A stretch of 47,734 nt of DNA, taken from the IMG/VR virus record IMGVR_UViG_3300014208_001203, positions 1 through 47,734 of that record, one strand, 5' to 3'. The DNA is from a virus (taxonomy: Duplodnaviria; Caudoviricetes). The translations under genes and the position numbers were made by a program. The notes beneath the pieces were generated by a model. It was not told where the DNA came from. It did not search any database and saw only the letters and a program-made list of their open reading frames with translations. Below are positions 37,081 to 47,410 of the stretch, one piece after another (position 1 is the stretch's first letter; each line of letters opens with the position of its first letter).

Positions 37081-37803
37081 ACCAAAAGTAAAATAAATTT
37101 TTTCCATTTGTGGATTTATACAAATTTGTGTAACAGCTGGAATGTTAAAATTATCATTTATTTTTATTTTGTAATTATAAGCTGCACCAACGTTTACAAC
37201 ATTATATCCATCTACATTGTTTAGATAAAAATCACACTGTCCAGAAATGGCTCCAACATATAATTCCCAATCTTTATAAAGATATCTTGCTTCGGCATAA
37301 GTCGTAAATTTAGCTTTTCCTTTTTTGTCTAAATCCCACCCACTATATAGCAATGTTGATGCTGTAAGTTTAATTGGTATTTTTTCTGTTCCAATGAAAG
37401 ATAAATCACACATTATGTGATGATATCCAATAGTATCAGAGTAATCAAAATAATTTTGATTGTTTACTGTTCCAGATAAGTCAATATAAAAGTCTGTTAC
37501 AGAAAGTTTCATAAACTTATATTTATAAGAAGCATATAGATCAACTTCGTAATAATTGTTTAATAAACTTAAAGAACCAAAAGTTCCAAACTCTAACCCT
37601 TTATATGTTAATCCCAAAATAGGTTGTATGTTGGGCCTATTATCAAGCATTGTTCCTCTCCATAAATACTGACTAACAACTCCAGCATTTGCAAATGTTT
37701 CCATTTTCACCCTGTTTGTGTCAACTGTTTGTGCTGACGCTTGAACTGCAAACAGCACAGTAAGTGCTGTTATGGCAGTTAATAAAATGATAAATCTTTT
37801 CAT
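37069..37803 (-). CDS. Putative outer-membrane beta-barrel protein
   Basis: Signal peptide, VSQYLWRG, EVDLY, terminal YFTFGVTF. Confidence 0.75.
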   Translation of the reverse strand: MKRFIILLTAITALTVLFAVQASAQTVDTNRVKMETFANAGVVSQYLWRGTMLDNRPNIQPILGLTYKGLEFGTFGSLSLLNNYYEVDLYASYKYKFMKLSVTDFYIDLSGTVNNQNYFDYSDTIGYHHIMCDLSFIGTEKIPIKLTASTLLYSGWDLDKKGKAKFTTYAEARYLYKDWELYVGAISGQCDFYLNNVDGYNVVNVGAAYNYKIKINDNFNIPAVTQICINPQMEKIYFTFGVTF

Positions 37804-37847
37804 TTTAAATCTCCTTTTAAAATATTGCATAATTTTGTTTTTATTTG

Positions 37848-38861
37848 TTAAAAATATTTACCCGTAGATGCATCTTTTTGTAATGTTTTCACATTTTCAT
37901 AAGATTTGTTAGGTGTTGCAATTAACACTTTTTCTTTTTCCGTTTTTGACCCAAAATCATTGAAAAAAGAATCAAATCCTCCATTTTCATATTCCTCAAG
38001 CATTTTCATTCCATCTTCGGCAAAAATACCCTGTTCGATATCAATACTAGTTACTAGGCTGGCTGACATATCCATAAACCTGTCCATGGTTCCCAATTTT
38101 TGAGAAACTTCTTCTTCCATTTTTTCCAAAGCCATCTCAAACATTGCTCTTTCATTTGGGTCTCCATTAAGAATTGACATACTTGAAACCAGTGCTGCGT
38201 GAGCTTGTTTAATGGTTTTATATTCAATTTCTTTCTGTTGTACATCATCTTTTAAATCTTCAATGACATATCCAGAAACTTCGTACATTTTTTTCAGTAC
38301 AGTGTAAATCTTTTGAATTTTTGTAAGAAGATCTGTAAGTTTTATAGTACCATCTCTCCTACGACCTGCTTTTCTGGCCTCAATCCACGCCTGTCCTTTT
38401 TCTTCTTTTTCCTTTGCAGAAGATGCTATCCTTAAACTTTTTTCAATATCTTGTTTATTTTCATTAATCTTTCTTTCTAATCCACGAACTTCTCCAGACA
38501 ATTTAGAAATATGATCATTCATTTTTGCATGATTGTTCTGTAAATTCTCAATATGAATCTTAATTATGGCAATTGGATTAAGTTCAACAAAAAATCCTGT
38601 AATTGATCTCATTAACATTTGGAATCCAAATTTAAAAAGGTTTTGAACCTTTTTGTTCGTAACAAGAAAAATTAACAAAACAATTGCACCAATTAGTGTC
38701 ATAGCATATAATGTGTTTTGCAATAGAGCTATGATGTATGGAAGTGCCTTATATAATCCAATAGCACCTGCTATTCCAATTAAAAACAAGAAGATTTTTC
38801 CAACTTTACCTTCAGGTTTATCAAAAAAACCCTTAACTCCTTTTTCTAAAGAATTTTCCAT
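37848..38861 (-). CDS. Membrane-anchored long coiled-coil (PspA-like) protein
   Basis: Two N-terminal TMs followed by heptad-rich helices. Confidence 0.65.
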   Translation of the reverse strand: MENSLEKGVKGFFDKPEGKVGKIFLFLIGIAGAIGLYKALPYIIALLQNTLYAMTLIGAIVLLIFLVTNKKVQNLFKFGFQMLMRSITGFFVELNPIAIIKIHIENLQNNHAKMNDHISKLSGEVRGLERKINENKQDIEKSLRIASSAKEKEEKGQAWIEARKAGRRRDGTIKLTDLLTKIQKIYTVLKKMYEVSGYVIEDLKDDVQQKEIEYKTIKQAHAALVSSMSILNGDPNERAMFEMALEKMEEEVSQKLGTMDRFMDMSASLVTSIDIEQGIFAEDGMKMLEEYENGGFDSFFNDFGSKTEKEKVLIATPNKSYENVKTLQKDASTGKYF

Positions 38862-38885
38862 TTTTGTAAATTTTAAAATTAATAA

Positions 38886-39587
38886 TTATTGAATATACTG
38901 TGTAATTTTTGATTTGTAGTCAAGAATTTGACCTTCCAGTTGCTGAACTGTTACATCGAAATCTGCCTGTTTTTGTTCAATAGCAACTTTCGATTGTGCA
39001 GCTTCTGTTTTAACAGATGTGATTGTTTCACTTATTTCCTGAATTTCTTGGTTCAGCTTTTGAATTTGTTCTGCTTTTTCTTGTGCTGTTTTAGAAAGTT
39101 GTTCAGCATAAATTTCTTTTTGATCAACCATTTCAGAACTTACTTTCGACATTTCTGTTTTGAAAATTGTTTTTTCGTTGTCAATAACACCAATATAATG
39201 ATCTATTGATTCAACAAGATGTTCTTTTGTCATTCCACCATCTGAAGTTGAAAGAGTTGCAAAAACCATGTTGAATTTCATTTTTTCATCAACTGCCAAG
39301 CTTGACATCTTATTAAGAGATTGCATAAACTCCAAAAAATCATTTCCTTTAAGGTTATTTTCCTCTATGGCAATAGATAATTTGTCAAAAATTCCATTGT
39401 CAATTTTTCCAACTATTTTTCCAGACATCATGGAACTTGTAGGTGGAGCAAATGAAATTGTTGATTTTCTTGTTTCAGAAACATCGATTTGTTTTACTTC
39501 TTGTTTTTTTTCAGAAGGTTTTGTTTCAGTAGTTTGTTCTTCTACTTCAGTCTCTTTTATAAGACCTAATTTTGAAAGTAAACTCAT
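38886..39587 (-). CDS. Coiled-coil hypothetical protein
   Basis: 233-aa ORF heading the cluster. Confidence 0.7.
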   Translation of the reverse strand: MSLLSKLGLIKETEVEEQTTETKPSEKKQEVKQIDVSETRKSTISFAPPTSSMMSGKIVGKIDNGIFDKLSIAIEENNLKGNDFLEFMQSLNKMSSLAVDEKMKFNMVFATLSTSDGGMTKEHLVESIDHYIGVIDNEKTIFKTEMSKVSSEMVDQKEIYAEQLSKTAQEKAEQIQKLNQEIQEISETITSVKTEAAQSKVAIEQKQADFDVTVQQLEGQILDYKSKITQYIQ

Positions 39588-39622
39588 AAATTTCAGATTA
39601 AATTAATACTATTTTTTTAATT

Positions 39623-39649
39623 TATACGAAAAAAAATTAAATTTGTTAT
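39623..39649 (-). promoter_or_regulatory. AAC-N16-CGTA promoter motif
   Basis: ATAAC-N16-CGTATA. Confidence 0.7.
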
Positions 39650-39846
39650 GCTTTTTTAACAAAATTTGAAGGAACATCTACTTCACAAGGCATTCCAAGA
39701 TATTCTCCTTGTAGAACAATCCAACCATCTGGAAAAGTTTTTATCACCTTAGCTTTTTGACCAGTTTTAATTTGCAAATCTGCACCCATTTCTTTAATCA
39801 TTTCATTCGATGCAGTTATTTCCACGGTGTCACCAGGATTATACAT
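39646..39846 (-). CDS. Small SH3/KOW-like hypothetical protein
   Basis: MYNPGDTVEI...GQKAKVI. Confidence 0.6.
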   Translation of the reverse strand: MYNPGDTVEITASNEMIKEMGADLQIKTGQKAKVIKTFPDGWIVLQGEYLGMPCEVDVPSNFVKKA

Positions 39847-39847
39847 A

Positions 39848-40735
39848 TTATTGATACAAATTATTTTTAAATATATAATCAATAACTTTTTCATCTAAAA
39901 TTTCTTTTAATTTTTCTTTAGAAGGGTTTTTTTCTTTTAAAATATTTCTTGCCATTGTAGATGAAACCGCAGAAATTGAATTATTATTTTCATCTTGAAT
40001 GTAAATATGTGGAGGTTGTAAATACCAATTTATCCACTCATCACGTTTAACACCATTTCTAGGTACCACAATAAATGAAACATCCATTTTCAATAACTCT
40101 TCTGAATTATACCAAGAATTAATAGAATTGCATCTGTCTTGCCCAATTATGAATCCAAATCTAAAATTTTCGTATTCTTTATCATGAATTAATTTATTTA
40201 AAAAAAACTGAGTTTCTCCATGCAATTGATTTTTAATTTCATAGTCAAAAACCTTTATTCTTCCATCATTTTCAGAAGCAAGTTTTAACATTTCTAGTCT
40301 ATGCTCTGGGGAAACCATTTTTTTCCCATCCATATGCTGAAAAGCTGGACACAGCCAAACCTCATCAGCCCACTTACTTGCCTTCAGTACAAGTTGGGCG
40401 ATTTCAATATGCGCTTTCGTACAACAATCAAATGCACCCCCAAGTATTGCTACTTGAGTTTTCCTTCCCCTACCTTTATATTGAAGCATTCTCCTTCTAA
40501 TTTTTGCTTCGTTGTTTTTTATAAGTTCAGAAATGTCCCACTCACTTTCATTACACAATTGAATCAAACTAGCAAGTAAATCTCCAGCCTCTTCTTTTAA
40601 ATTAGTAAGGTCGGTATAATTGCAAAGCTCTCTGCATTCACTAGAAATATCATCCAATCTCTTTGTAAGTGGTGTGTGAACAAAAGCCTCTAAAAAAACT
40701 TTATTCACTATGTCTTGTAGTTTTTTGTGGTCCAT
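39848..40735 (-). CDS. nadD: MazG-like domain fused to NadD-type nucleotidyltransferase
   Basis: EEAGDLL; AILGGAFD..TKAH, HRLEML, FIIGQD, W, VSST.AR. Confidence 0.8.
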   Translation of the reverse strand: MDHKKLQDIVNKVFLEAFVHTPLTKRLDDISSECRELCNYTDLTNLKEEAGDLLASLIQLCNESEWDISELIKNNEAKIRRRMLQYKGRGRKTQVAILGGAFDCCTKAHIEIAQLVLKASKWADEVWLCPAFQHMDGKKMVSPEHRLEMLKLASENDGRIKVFDYEIKNQLHGETQFFLNKLIHDKEYENFRFGFIIGQDRCNSINSWYNSEELLKMDVSFIVVPRNGVKRDEWINWYLQPPHIYIQDENNNSISAVSSTMARNILKEKNPSKEKLKEILDEKVIDYIFKNNLYQ

Positions 40736-40736
40736 A

Positions 40737-40940
40737 TTAACCTTTTAACAATTTTTTTTCTTCTTTGTCTTTTAATGGAAAAAATCTTCCAATTATAACT
40801 CCCAGGGAAAAAATAATAATTGCCACTAATCCGAGCATAACTTTAAATAAAAAAGCTCCCAGTGCAAAAACATAATTTCCAACCAATGCAGCAATTACAA
40901 GTGCCACAATAACAAAGAAAATAACAACATACTTTTTCAT
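40737..40940 (-). CDS. Small two-TM membrane protein
   Basis: Hydrophobic 67-aa ORF. Confidence 0.65.
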   Translation of the reverse strand: MKKYVVIFFVIVALVIAALVGNYVFALGAFLFKVMLGLVAIIIFSLGVIIGRFFPLKDKEEKKLLKG

Positions 40941-40961
40941 AATTTTAAAATTTTATTATAC

Positions 40962-40988
40962 AATACGAAAAATATTAACAAAAGTTAC
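40962..40988 (-). promoter_or_regulatory. AAC-N16-CGTA promoter motif
   Basis: GTAAC-N16-CGTATT. Confidence 0.7.
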
Positions 40989-41022
40989 ATTTTTGTTTTA
41001 AATATTTCACTCAATTACTAAT

Positions 41023-41343
41023 TCAAGTAAATTCATAGACATCATTGTCGTTTATAATTTTTGTTGTAAATGGAAAATCGTCTTCTGGAACTTTTTTTAT
41101 AGTTTCCATTAGTAATTTAGCAATGGAAAAAGCAACATATTTCTTATCATCAACACTAATTTGTAACCACAAACAATTATCACTTCCTTTTTCAGGATAT
41201 TTAGAAGGTTTAATGTGATAGGCATGAATTGTTATTTCAGTGTTTAAAATCTTTGCAAGTCTTATTTTTTCTCCTACAAATTTTGTAGATGTTGATTTTA
41301 TTCCTAAATCTGAAAATTTTTTAATTATTTTTTGTTGTTGCAT
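41023..41343 (-). CDS. DGR-associated hypothetical protein (candidate accessory factor)
   Basis: 106 aa, overlaps the RT stop; predicted beta-rich, unlike helical Avd. Confidence 0.65.
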   Translation of the reverse strand: MQQQKIIKKFSDLGIKSTSTKFVGEKIRLAKILNTEITIHAYHIKPSKYPEKGSDNCLWLQISVDDKKYVAFSIAKLLMETIKKVPEDDFPFTTKIINDNDVYEFT

Positions 41344-42289
41344 TTAATAGTTTATTAGTTAAATTTATACAATCTCCGTGCTTTAACCATCCAATATATG
41401 ATGCTACAGAAGTTTTGTTTTGTTTGTTTTTTAACATATATACAAAATTTTTTTTTATTCTTTTTCTAATTTTTACATGAGTGTGAAAAAATACATATCC
41501 TAAAAAATCAACACCTCTCGATTGTACTGGGTATATTTGATAATTTTTCTTAAGGCGTAATTTTAAATTATCAAATAAATATTTTTTTATATCTAACAAT
41601 AGTAAATGAAGAAATTTCTTATTACCAGAAAAAAACACCATATCATCAGCATATCTAAAATAATATTTAACATTTTTTACTTCTTTAATCCAATGATCAA
41701 AATAACTCAAATAAAAATTTGAAAAATATTGAGATAAATAATTTCCTATTGGCAAACCAATAGCACTATCAATAATTTCATCAAGTAAAAGCAACAACTC
41801 TTTATCTTTAAATTTTCGTCTTAAAAGAATTTTTAGAGTTTTGTTATCTATGTTTGGATAAAATTTCTCGATATCAATTTTAAGACAATAAACAGTTTCA
41901 CTTTCATCTCGTAAAGACTCTTTTATTTTTTTAACTGCTGAATGAATTCCTCTTCCTTTTATAGAACTATATGTATCAGCAGTAAACGTAGATATAAATA
42001 TTGGTTTTAACACATTCATAACAGCATGATGTAATATCCTGTCAGGAAAATATGGTAATCTATAAACTATTCTTTCTTTTGGTTCAAAAATTTTAAATGT
42101 TATATAATTTGATGTTTTATATGTTTTACCTTTTAATTGACAATGTAAAATTCTTATGTTTTCCAATCTATTCTCATCATGTTTTTTAACACATGGTTGT
42201 TTTAACTTTCCTTTGCGTGCATTTTTGTCTGCTAATTCTAAATTTTCAACACTTATTATTTTTTGGTACAAATTGCCAATCCTTTTCAT
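41321..42289 (-). CDS. DGR reverse transcriptase
   Basis: MKRIGNLY, FEPKER, PDRILHHA, GLPIGNYLSQ (DGR-type SQ), RYADD, VDFLGY. Confidence 0.95.
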   Translation of the reverse strand: MKRIGNLYQKIISVENLELADKNARKGKLKQPCVKKHDENRLENIRILHCQLKGKTYKTSNYITFKIFEPKERIVYRLPYFPDRILHHAVMNVLKPIFISTFTADTYSSIKGRGIHSAVKKIKESLRDESETVYCLKIDIEKFYPNIDNKTLKILLRRKFKDKELLLLLDEIIDSAIGLPIGNYLSQYFSNFYLSYFDHWIKEVKNVKYYFRYADDMVFFSGNKKFLHLLLLDIKKYLFDNLKLRLKKNYQIYPVQSRGVDFLGYVFFHTHVKIRKRIKKNFVYMLKNKQNKTSVASYIGWLKHGDCINLTNKLLNATTKNN

Positions 42290-42400
42290 TATATGCCTTT
42301 GCTTAAAAAGTCATCTTCTTATTAAATACCAATGCCTTTTATTTAAAATTTATTTTTTACCATCTTGGTAAGGTTCATGCTGATTAAAGATTTTAATTTT

Positions 42401-42491
42401 GCATAGATGAGAAGTGGAAGTCGCATTCGCATTCGAATTATTGTAATTCGTATTGTTGAAAACGAAACCCGAACCCGCAGAGAACACCACC
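42401..42491 (-). repeat. DGR template repeat (TR)
   Basis: Non-coding, AAY-rich (would read VVFSAGSGFVFNNTNYNNSNANATSTSHLC); 20 adenines. Confidence 0.95.
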
Positions 42492-42513
42492 GCTTTTCAG
42501 CATACAACCAATT

Positions 42514-43002
42514 TTATTTTAGATCAATCAATTCATTTTCTATATCAATAAATTTTTCGCAAGCATCTTTGGCAAACTCTGCATTTTTAAAGCAAAGGCG
42601 AGAAGCGGAAGCCGCAAGCGCAATCGAAGAATTGTAACGCGCATTGACGAAAACGAAACCCGAACCCGCAGAGAACACCACCACTGGATAATAACGATTT
42701 TCTCCAATTTTTGGCAACCAACCTTCATTATAAACTTTTGCAATTCTCATTTTTTTAATAAAAGCTTTTATAACTTTTATTTCCTCTTTTCCAAATCCTG
42801 GAACTTTAACGACCAGAGAGTCGTCATCACAATCTACTCCAAGAGCATCACAGATATCTTCATAATTTTGTATTTTATCTGTTATCTTTTTTGGAACAAA
42901 AAACTCTTTTCCGAAATTTTCTTCAAGCATTTCTTTAAATTCTTGTGCAGCTGTCGGATATAACCTCAACGCCGCTTCTTCGCTCATTTTTAATGTTTTC
43001 AT
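42514..43002 (-). CDS. DGR target protein 1
   Basis: Contains VR1, ending ...ASRLCF. Confidence 0.9.
   Translation of the reverse strand: MKTLKMSEEAALRLYPTAAQEFKEMLEENFGKEFFVPKKITDKIQNYEDICDALGVDCDDDSLVVKVPGFGKEEIKVIKAFIKKMRIAKVYNEGWLPKIGENRYYPVVVFSAGSGFVFVNARYNSSIALAASASRLCFKNAEFAKDACEKFIDIENELIDLK
42592..42682 (-). repeat. Variable repeat VR1
   Basis: 91-nt ungapped match to TR; 14 of 15 mismatches at TR adenines. Confidence 0.95.
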
Positions 43003-43032
43003 TTTTTTATTGTTGATTTAAAAATTAATTTG

Positions 43033-43488
43033 TTACATAATAAAGTCTTTATATTCTTGTAAAAAATAAGTTGCAGCGTGTTTTGCCAACTCCTCAGTTT
43101 TAAAGCAAAGGCGAGAAGCGGAAGCCGCACCCGCAAACGAATTATTGTAACCCGCATTGACGAAAACGAAACCCGAACCCGCAGAGATATAAAACCATGC
43201 AAAGTAACGATATTCATCTGGATTCATATTAAAAACATAATCTTCATTTAAAACTTTCGTAATAAATTTTAATTTTTTATAAGCCTTTTCGTCCACAGTA
43301 TCTTTTTTATTAAAAATACTGTTTGATTTAACCTTCTTTAGTTCACAGGCATCTTTAAAAGACTTAACCATATCCATAATTGATTTTGGTTTGTTTTTTA
43401 ATTCTAACGCTTCAATTTTTTTGCGTATTTTATCTACATTTTCTACTGCGAATTTTAATTCTTTTTGTAATTTTAATTTTGTTTCCAT
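43033..43488 (-). CDS. DGR target protein 2
   Basis: Paralog of target 1, contains VR2. Confidence 0.9.
   Translation of the reverse strand: METKLKLQKELKFAVENVDKIRKKIEALELKNKPKSIMDMVKSFKDACELKKVKSNSIFNKKDTVDEKAYKKLKFITKVLNEDYVFNMNPDEYRYFAWFYISAGSGFVFVNAGYNNSFAGAASASRLCFKTEELAKHAATYFLQEYKDFIM
43105..43187 (-). repeat. Variable repeat VR2
   Basis: 83-nt match to TR; 13 of 14 mismatches at TR adenines. Confidence 0.95.
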
Positions 43489-43504
43489 ATTATGTTTTTT
43501 AATG

Positions 43505-43531
43505 TGTACGTAAAAAAAGTAGAAATGTTAC
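43505..43531 (-). promoter_or_regulatory. AAC-N16-CGTA promoter motif heading the DGR
   Basis: GTAAC-N16-CGTACA, 16 nt upstream of target 2. Confidence 0.7.
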
Positions 43532-43533
43532 AT

Positions 43534-44792
<1,259 letters not shown>

Positions 44793-44793
44793 A

Positions 44794-45312
44794 TTAAATT
44801 AAGTTTTTTGGAAGTCCATGAGTAGCTATGTGGAAATTACTGTATTCTTGAATTTTAGTAACCTCTCTTCCAAACCAATCAGGGGAAACAAACAAATCAC
44901 ATTCAGCCTCAGTTTCAAACTCTACTTCTACTGTAAATAAACCTTTAAAACCGTTTTTGTATATATCCAAATGTGCTTTTTGTTCATATCCATCTATTGA
45001 AATTTCATATCTGAATTTATGAACTGAAACATTTTTACATAAAATCCACAATTGATAAAACTGAGGTTGTAAAAGCTCTATTTCATACTCATCTCTCACT
45101 TTAGATTCTGGCCCCTTAATAGTTTGGAAAAATTGTTCACCTATATTGTATCCAGTTGGAGACATGTGTAACACCTGTCTTAACCTATAGATATAATTTT
45201 CTCCCAGACTTTGTATATACCCTTGGGTTATATCCATGTAATACATTTTAGATAGTTCTGGTAAATCTTCTTCTTTGACCAAAAACTTTCTTTCAATTTC
45301 CTTGTTTTTCAT
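44794..45312 (-). CDS. CYTH-domain protein
   Basis: EIERKFLV, ITQGY, RDEYE, VEVEF, PDWFGREVT. Confidence 0.88.
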   Translation of the reverse strand: MKNKEIERKFLVKEEDLPELSKMYYMDITQGYIQSLGENYIYRLRQVLHMSPTGYNIGEQFFQTIKGPESKVRDEYEIELLQPQFYQLWILCKNVSVHKFRYEISIDGYEQKAHLDIYKNGFKGLFTVEVEFETEAECDLFVSPDWFGREVTKIQEYSNFHIATHGLPKNLI

Positions 45313-45316
45313 AAAA

Positions 45317-45883
45317 TTAATGAGTTTCTTTTTCAATGTAATTGTTCAACAATTCTTTAAATTTATATTTTGCTTTAAAATAATTTGACTTTGATGTTCC
45401 CTCTGTTATTCCTAATTTTTGCGAAATTTCTTTATGTGTATATTCTTCAATTACACGCATATTAAAAACAACTCTGTATCCTGGAGAAAGTTTTCCAATT
45501 AGATTGATAAAAGTATCAACTGGGATGTCTTTAAATAGGTTTTGATCAATAAAAACATCTTTTTCCTCTTGCAAAAAAACTTGTTCACATTCAGAAGCTT
45601 CATAAAGAGAAAATGCAAATTCTTTCTTTTTTCTCACATAGTCAAGTGCAGTGTTTATCATAATCCTTCTTGCCCATCCACAAAAACTTCCCTCAAACTT
45701 AAATTTTTTCAAATTATTAAAAATCTTTATAAAACCGTCTTGCAATACATCTTTCGACTCATCTTTATCTCCGACGTATCTTGTAACCAAAGTGAGAAAT
45801 TTTCCATAAAACATTTCGAAAAGCTCTTGCTGGGCTTTTCTATTGTTTTTTAAACATAGGTGAATTAATTCTTTCTCCTCCAT
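45317..45883 (-). CDS. ECF-type sigma-70 factor
   Basis: DVLQDGFIKIF, FEGSF.GWARRIMIN, LSPGYRVVFNM...HKEISQKLGITEGTSKS. Confidence 0.92.
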   Translation of the reverse strand: MEEKELIHLCLKNNRKAQQELFEMFYGKFLTLVTRYVGDKDESKDVLQDGFIKIFNNLKKFKFEGSFCGWARRIMINTALDYVRKKKEFAFSLYEASECEQVFLQEEKDVFIDQNLFKDIPVDTFINLIGKLSPGYRVVFNMRVIEEYTHKEISQKLGITEGTSKSNYFKAKYKFKELLNNYIEKETH

Positions 45884-46140
45884 CTTATTTGTTTCCGTGA
45901 AAATAAATTTCTGAAAAAATTTTAATTAATTCCTCTTTTTTCTTTTCATCTAAACAACAATTGGAAAAAAACAATCCGATTTTTTCTTTTGTTTCTTTTG
46001 TAAGAATTTCCAAACCTTCTTTTTTTAATTGTTCTTCGTAACTCATAATTTACTGTTTGTTATAAAATATTAATCTGTTACTCAATGTGATATAAGTTTT
46101 TATCTTATATCGAGATTTCAGATATTGTTTTTTACTGTGG

Positions 46141-46167
46141 TATACGAAAAAAAAATAAAAATGTTAC
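46141..46167 (-). promoter_or_regulatory. AAC-N16-CGTA promoter motif upstream of the sigma gene cluster
   Basis: GTAAC-N16-CGTATA. Confidence 0.7.
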
Positions 46168-46305
46168 ATTACTCTACATAGGAACACCTTTTGTAGTTAA
46201 TAAGGTCACTTATAACACATTGTTTTAAATAAAACATTTCAGCTAATTTTTTTTGTATATAAATTCCATACGAGATTATGCAATATTTAATAAAAATCAA
46301 AAAAG

Positions 46306-46689
46306 TTAATTCTTTGGAGAAAAAAATTGTCCAAAAATCTTTTCCAATTGTTTTTTAGTCTTTTTTTTAACTTTTTCTGGATTGTATTCTTTAAAATCTG
46401 GCGATTTCCTAATTTCTTCAATATATTTCCATAAATCTTCCAATTTTGTTAAATCATTGGTTTTTTCCCCATCTTTATCATACAAAAATTTTTCAACATC
46501 TTCCCATAACCACCAACCAATTAAATCTTCCCCCTCTGCTGAGTAATGAGATTTAAACAAAATGTTTATAGCACTATGTAAATCATCTTGAAAATTGTAT
46601 AAATCAATTCCAAGTTTGTAAATTTTAGCGCTCCTATCAGAGTCTTTTTGAAGTAATGTAATTACTTGTTGAAATGCTTCAAATGTCAT
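46306..46689 (-). CDS. Phage hypothetical protein
   Basis: 127 aa, DLIGWWLWE motif. Confidence 0.7.
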   Translation of the reverse strand: MTFEAFQQVITLLQKDSDRSAKIYKLGIDLYNFQDDLHSAINILFKSHYSAEGEDLIGWWLWEDVEKFLYDKDGEKTNDLTKLEDLWKYIEEIRKSPDFKEYNPEKVKKKTKKQLEKIFGQFFSPKN

Positions 46690-46702
46690 ATTTTTGTTTT
46701 TA

Positions 46703-47326
46703 TTAGTATTTTTTTCTTAAAACCTGAATTACATCCCATGCATCTTCAACCGCATTATGAGCAACGCTTTTTTCTATCCCAGCTCTCTTAAGACATTCTT
46801 CAAGAGATGGAAGCGAATCGTCTTTTGCCCAATCTACATATAACACGGATGGATCAATTATTCTTCTTTTATAATGTACAATTTCATTCCATGAACCAAT
46901 TTTTTCCAAAAACTTAACATCAAAAGATGAAAAATTCTTTCCAGCTATGTTAATCGAAAAATCATAAGTATATAGTCCAAGATCTAAATTTGAATTTTCT
47001 TCAGTAGAAAAATAGGGAGCCAGCCAATCTATGAAATCATTAACAAGTTCATATTCTCTTATTATATTAAATTGTTTTTTTATTTCTTCTCTTTTTAAAT
47101 CTTTTGATTTCCCATATTCTGATAATATTTTTATTATTCTTTCGTTCATATTAATAGCTATAGGTTGTCCACATATTTCTCTATGTTCTATAATACGATG
47201 GAATTTTGGAATCTCCTCAAAATTTAAAAGATTTTCGGTATCTTCTAAAATTGCACCAAATTCTAATATTTGATGTTTTTCTGGAGACAAACCAGACGTT
47301 TCTAAATCTATTGATACATATTTCAT
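46703..47326 (-). CDS. DEDDh 3'-5' exonuclease
   Basis: IDLETSG, GKNFSSFD, HNAVEDA. Confidence 0.88.
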   Translation of the reverse strand: MKYVSIDLETSGLSPEKHQILEFGAILEDTENLLNFEEIPKFHRIIEHREICGQPIAINMNERIIKILSEYGKSKDLKREEIKKQFNIIREYELVNDFIDWLAPYFSTEENSNLDLGLYTYDFSINIAGKNFSSFDVKFLEKIGSWNEIVHYKRRIIDPSVLYVDWAKDDSLPSLEECLKRAGIEKSVAHNAVEDAWDVIQVLRKKY

Positions 47327-47382
47327 AATAAAATTATTTAAATTAAATGCAATTATACGACAAAAAAATGATATAACAAAAA

Positions 47383-47410
47383 AAATCCCCCTTTTTTTGA
47401 GGGGGACTTT
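47383..47410 (-). terminator. Intrinsic terminator
   Basis: TCCCCCT...AGGGGGA hairpin with flanking A/T tracts. Confidence 0.75.

Larger units (their letters stand above)
41023..43488 (-). mobile_element. Diversity-generating retroelement with two targets
   Basis: target2-target1-TR-spacer-RT-ORF106, with adenine-specific TR/VR mismatches. Confidence 0.95.

Noticed and set aside
41321-42289. Group II intron or retron RT
   Set aside because: Short RT with GNYLSQ motif, no maturase or endonuclease domain, and an adjacent TR/VR set identify a DGR
42407-43217. ORFs 42407..42637(+), 42540..42743(-) and 42999..43217(-)
   Set aside because: Shadow frames created by the stop-poor TR/VR repeats
47354-47380. 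Additional promoter motif copy upstream of the exonuclease
   Set aside because: CGTATA is present but there is no AAC at the 16-nt spacing; not counted
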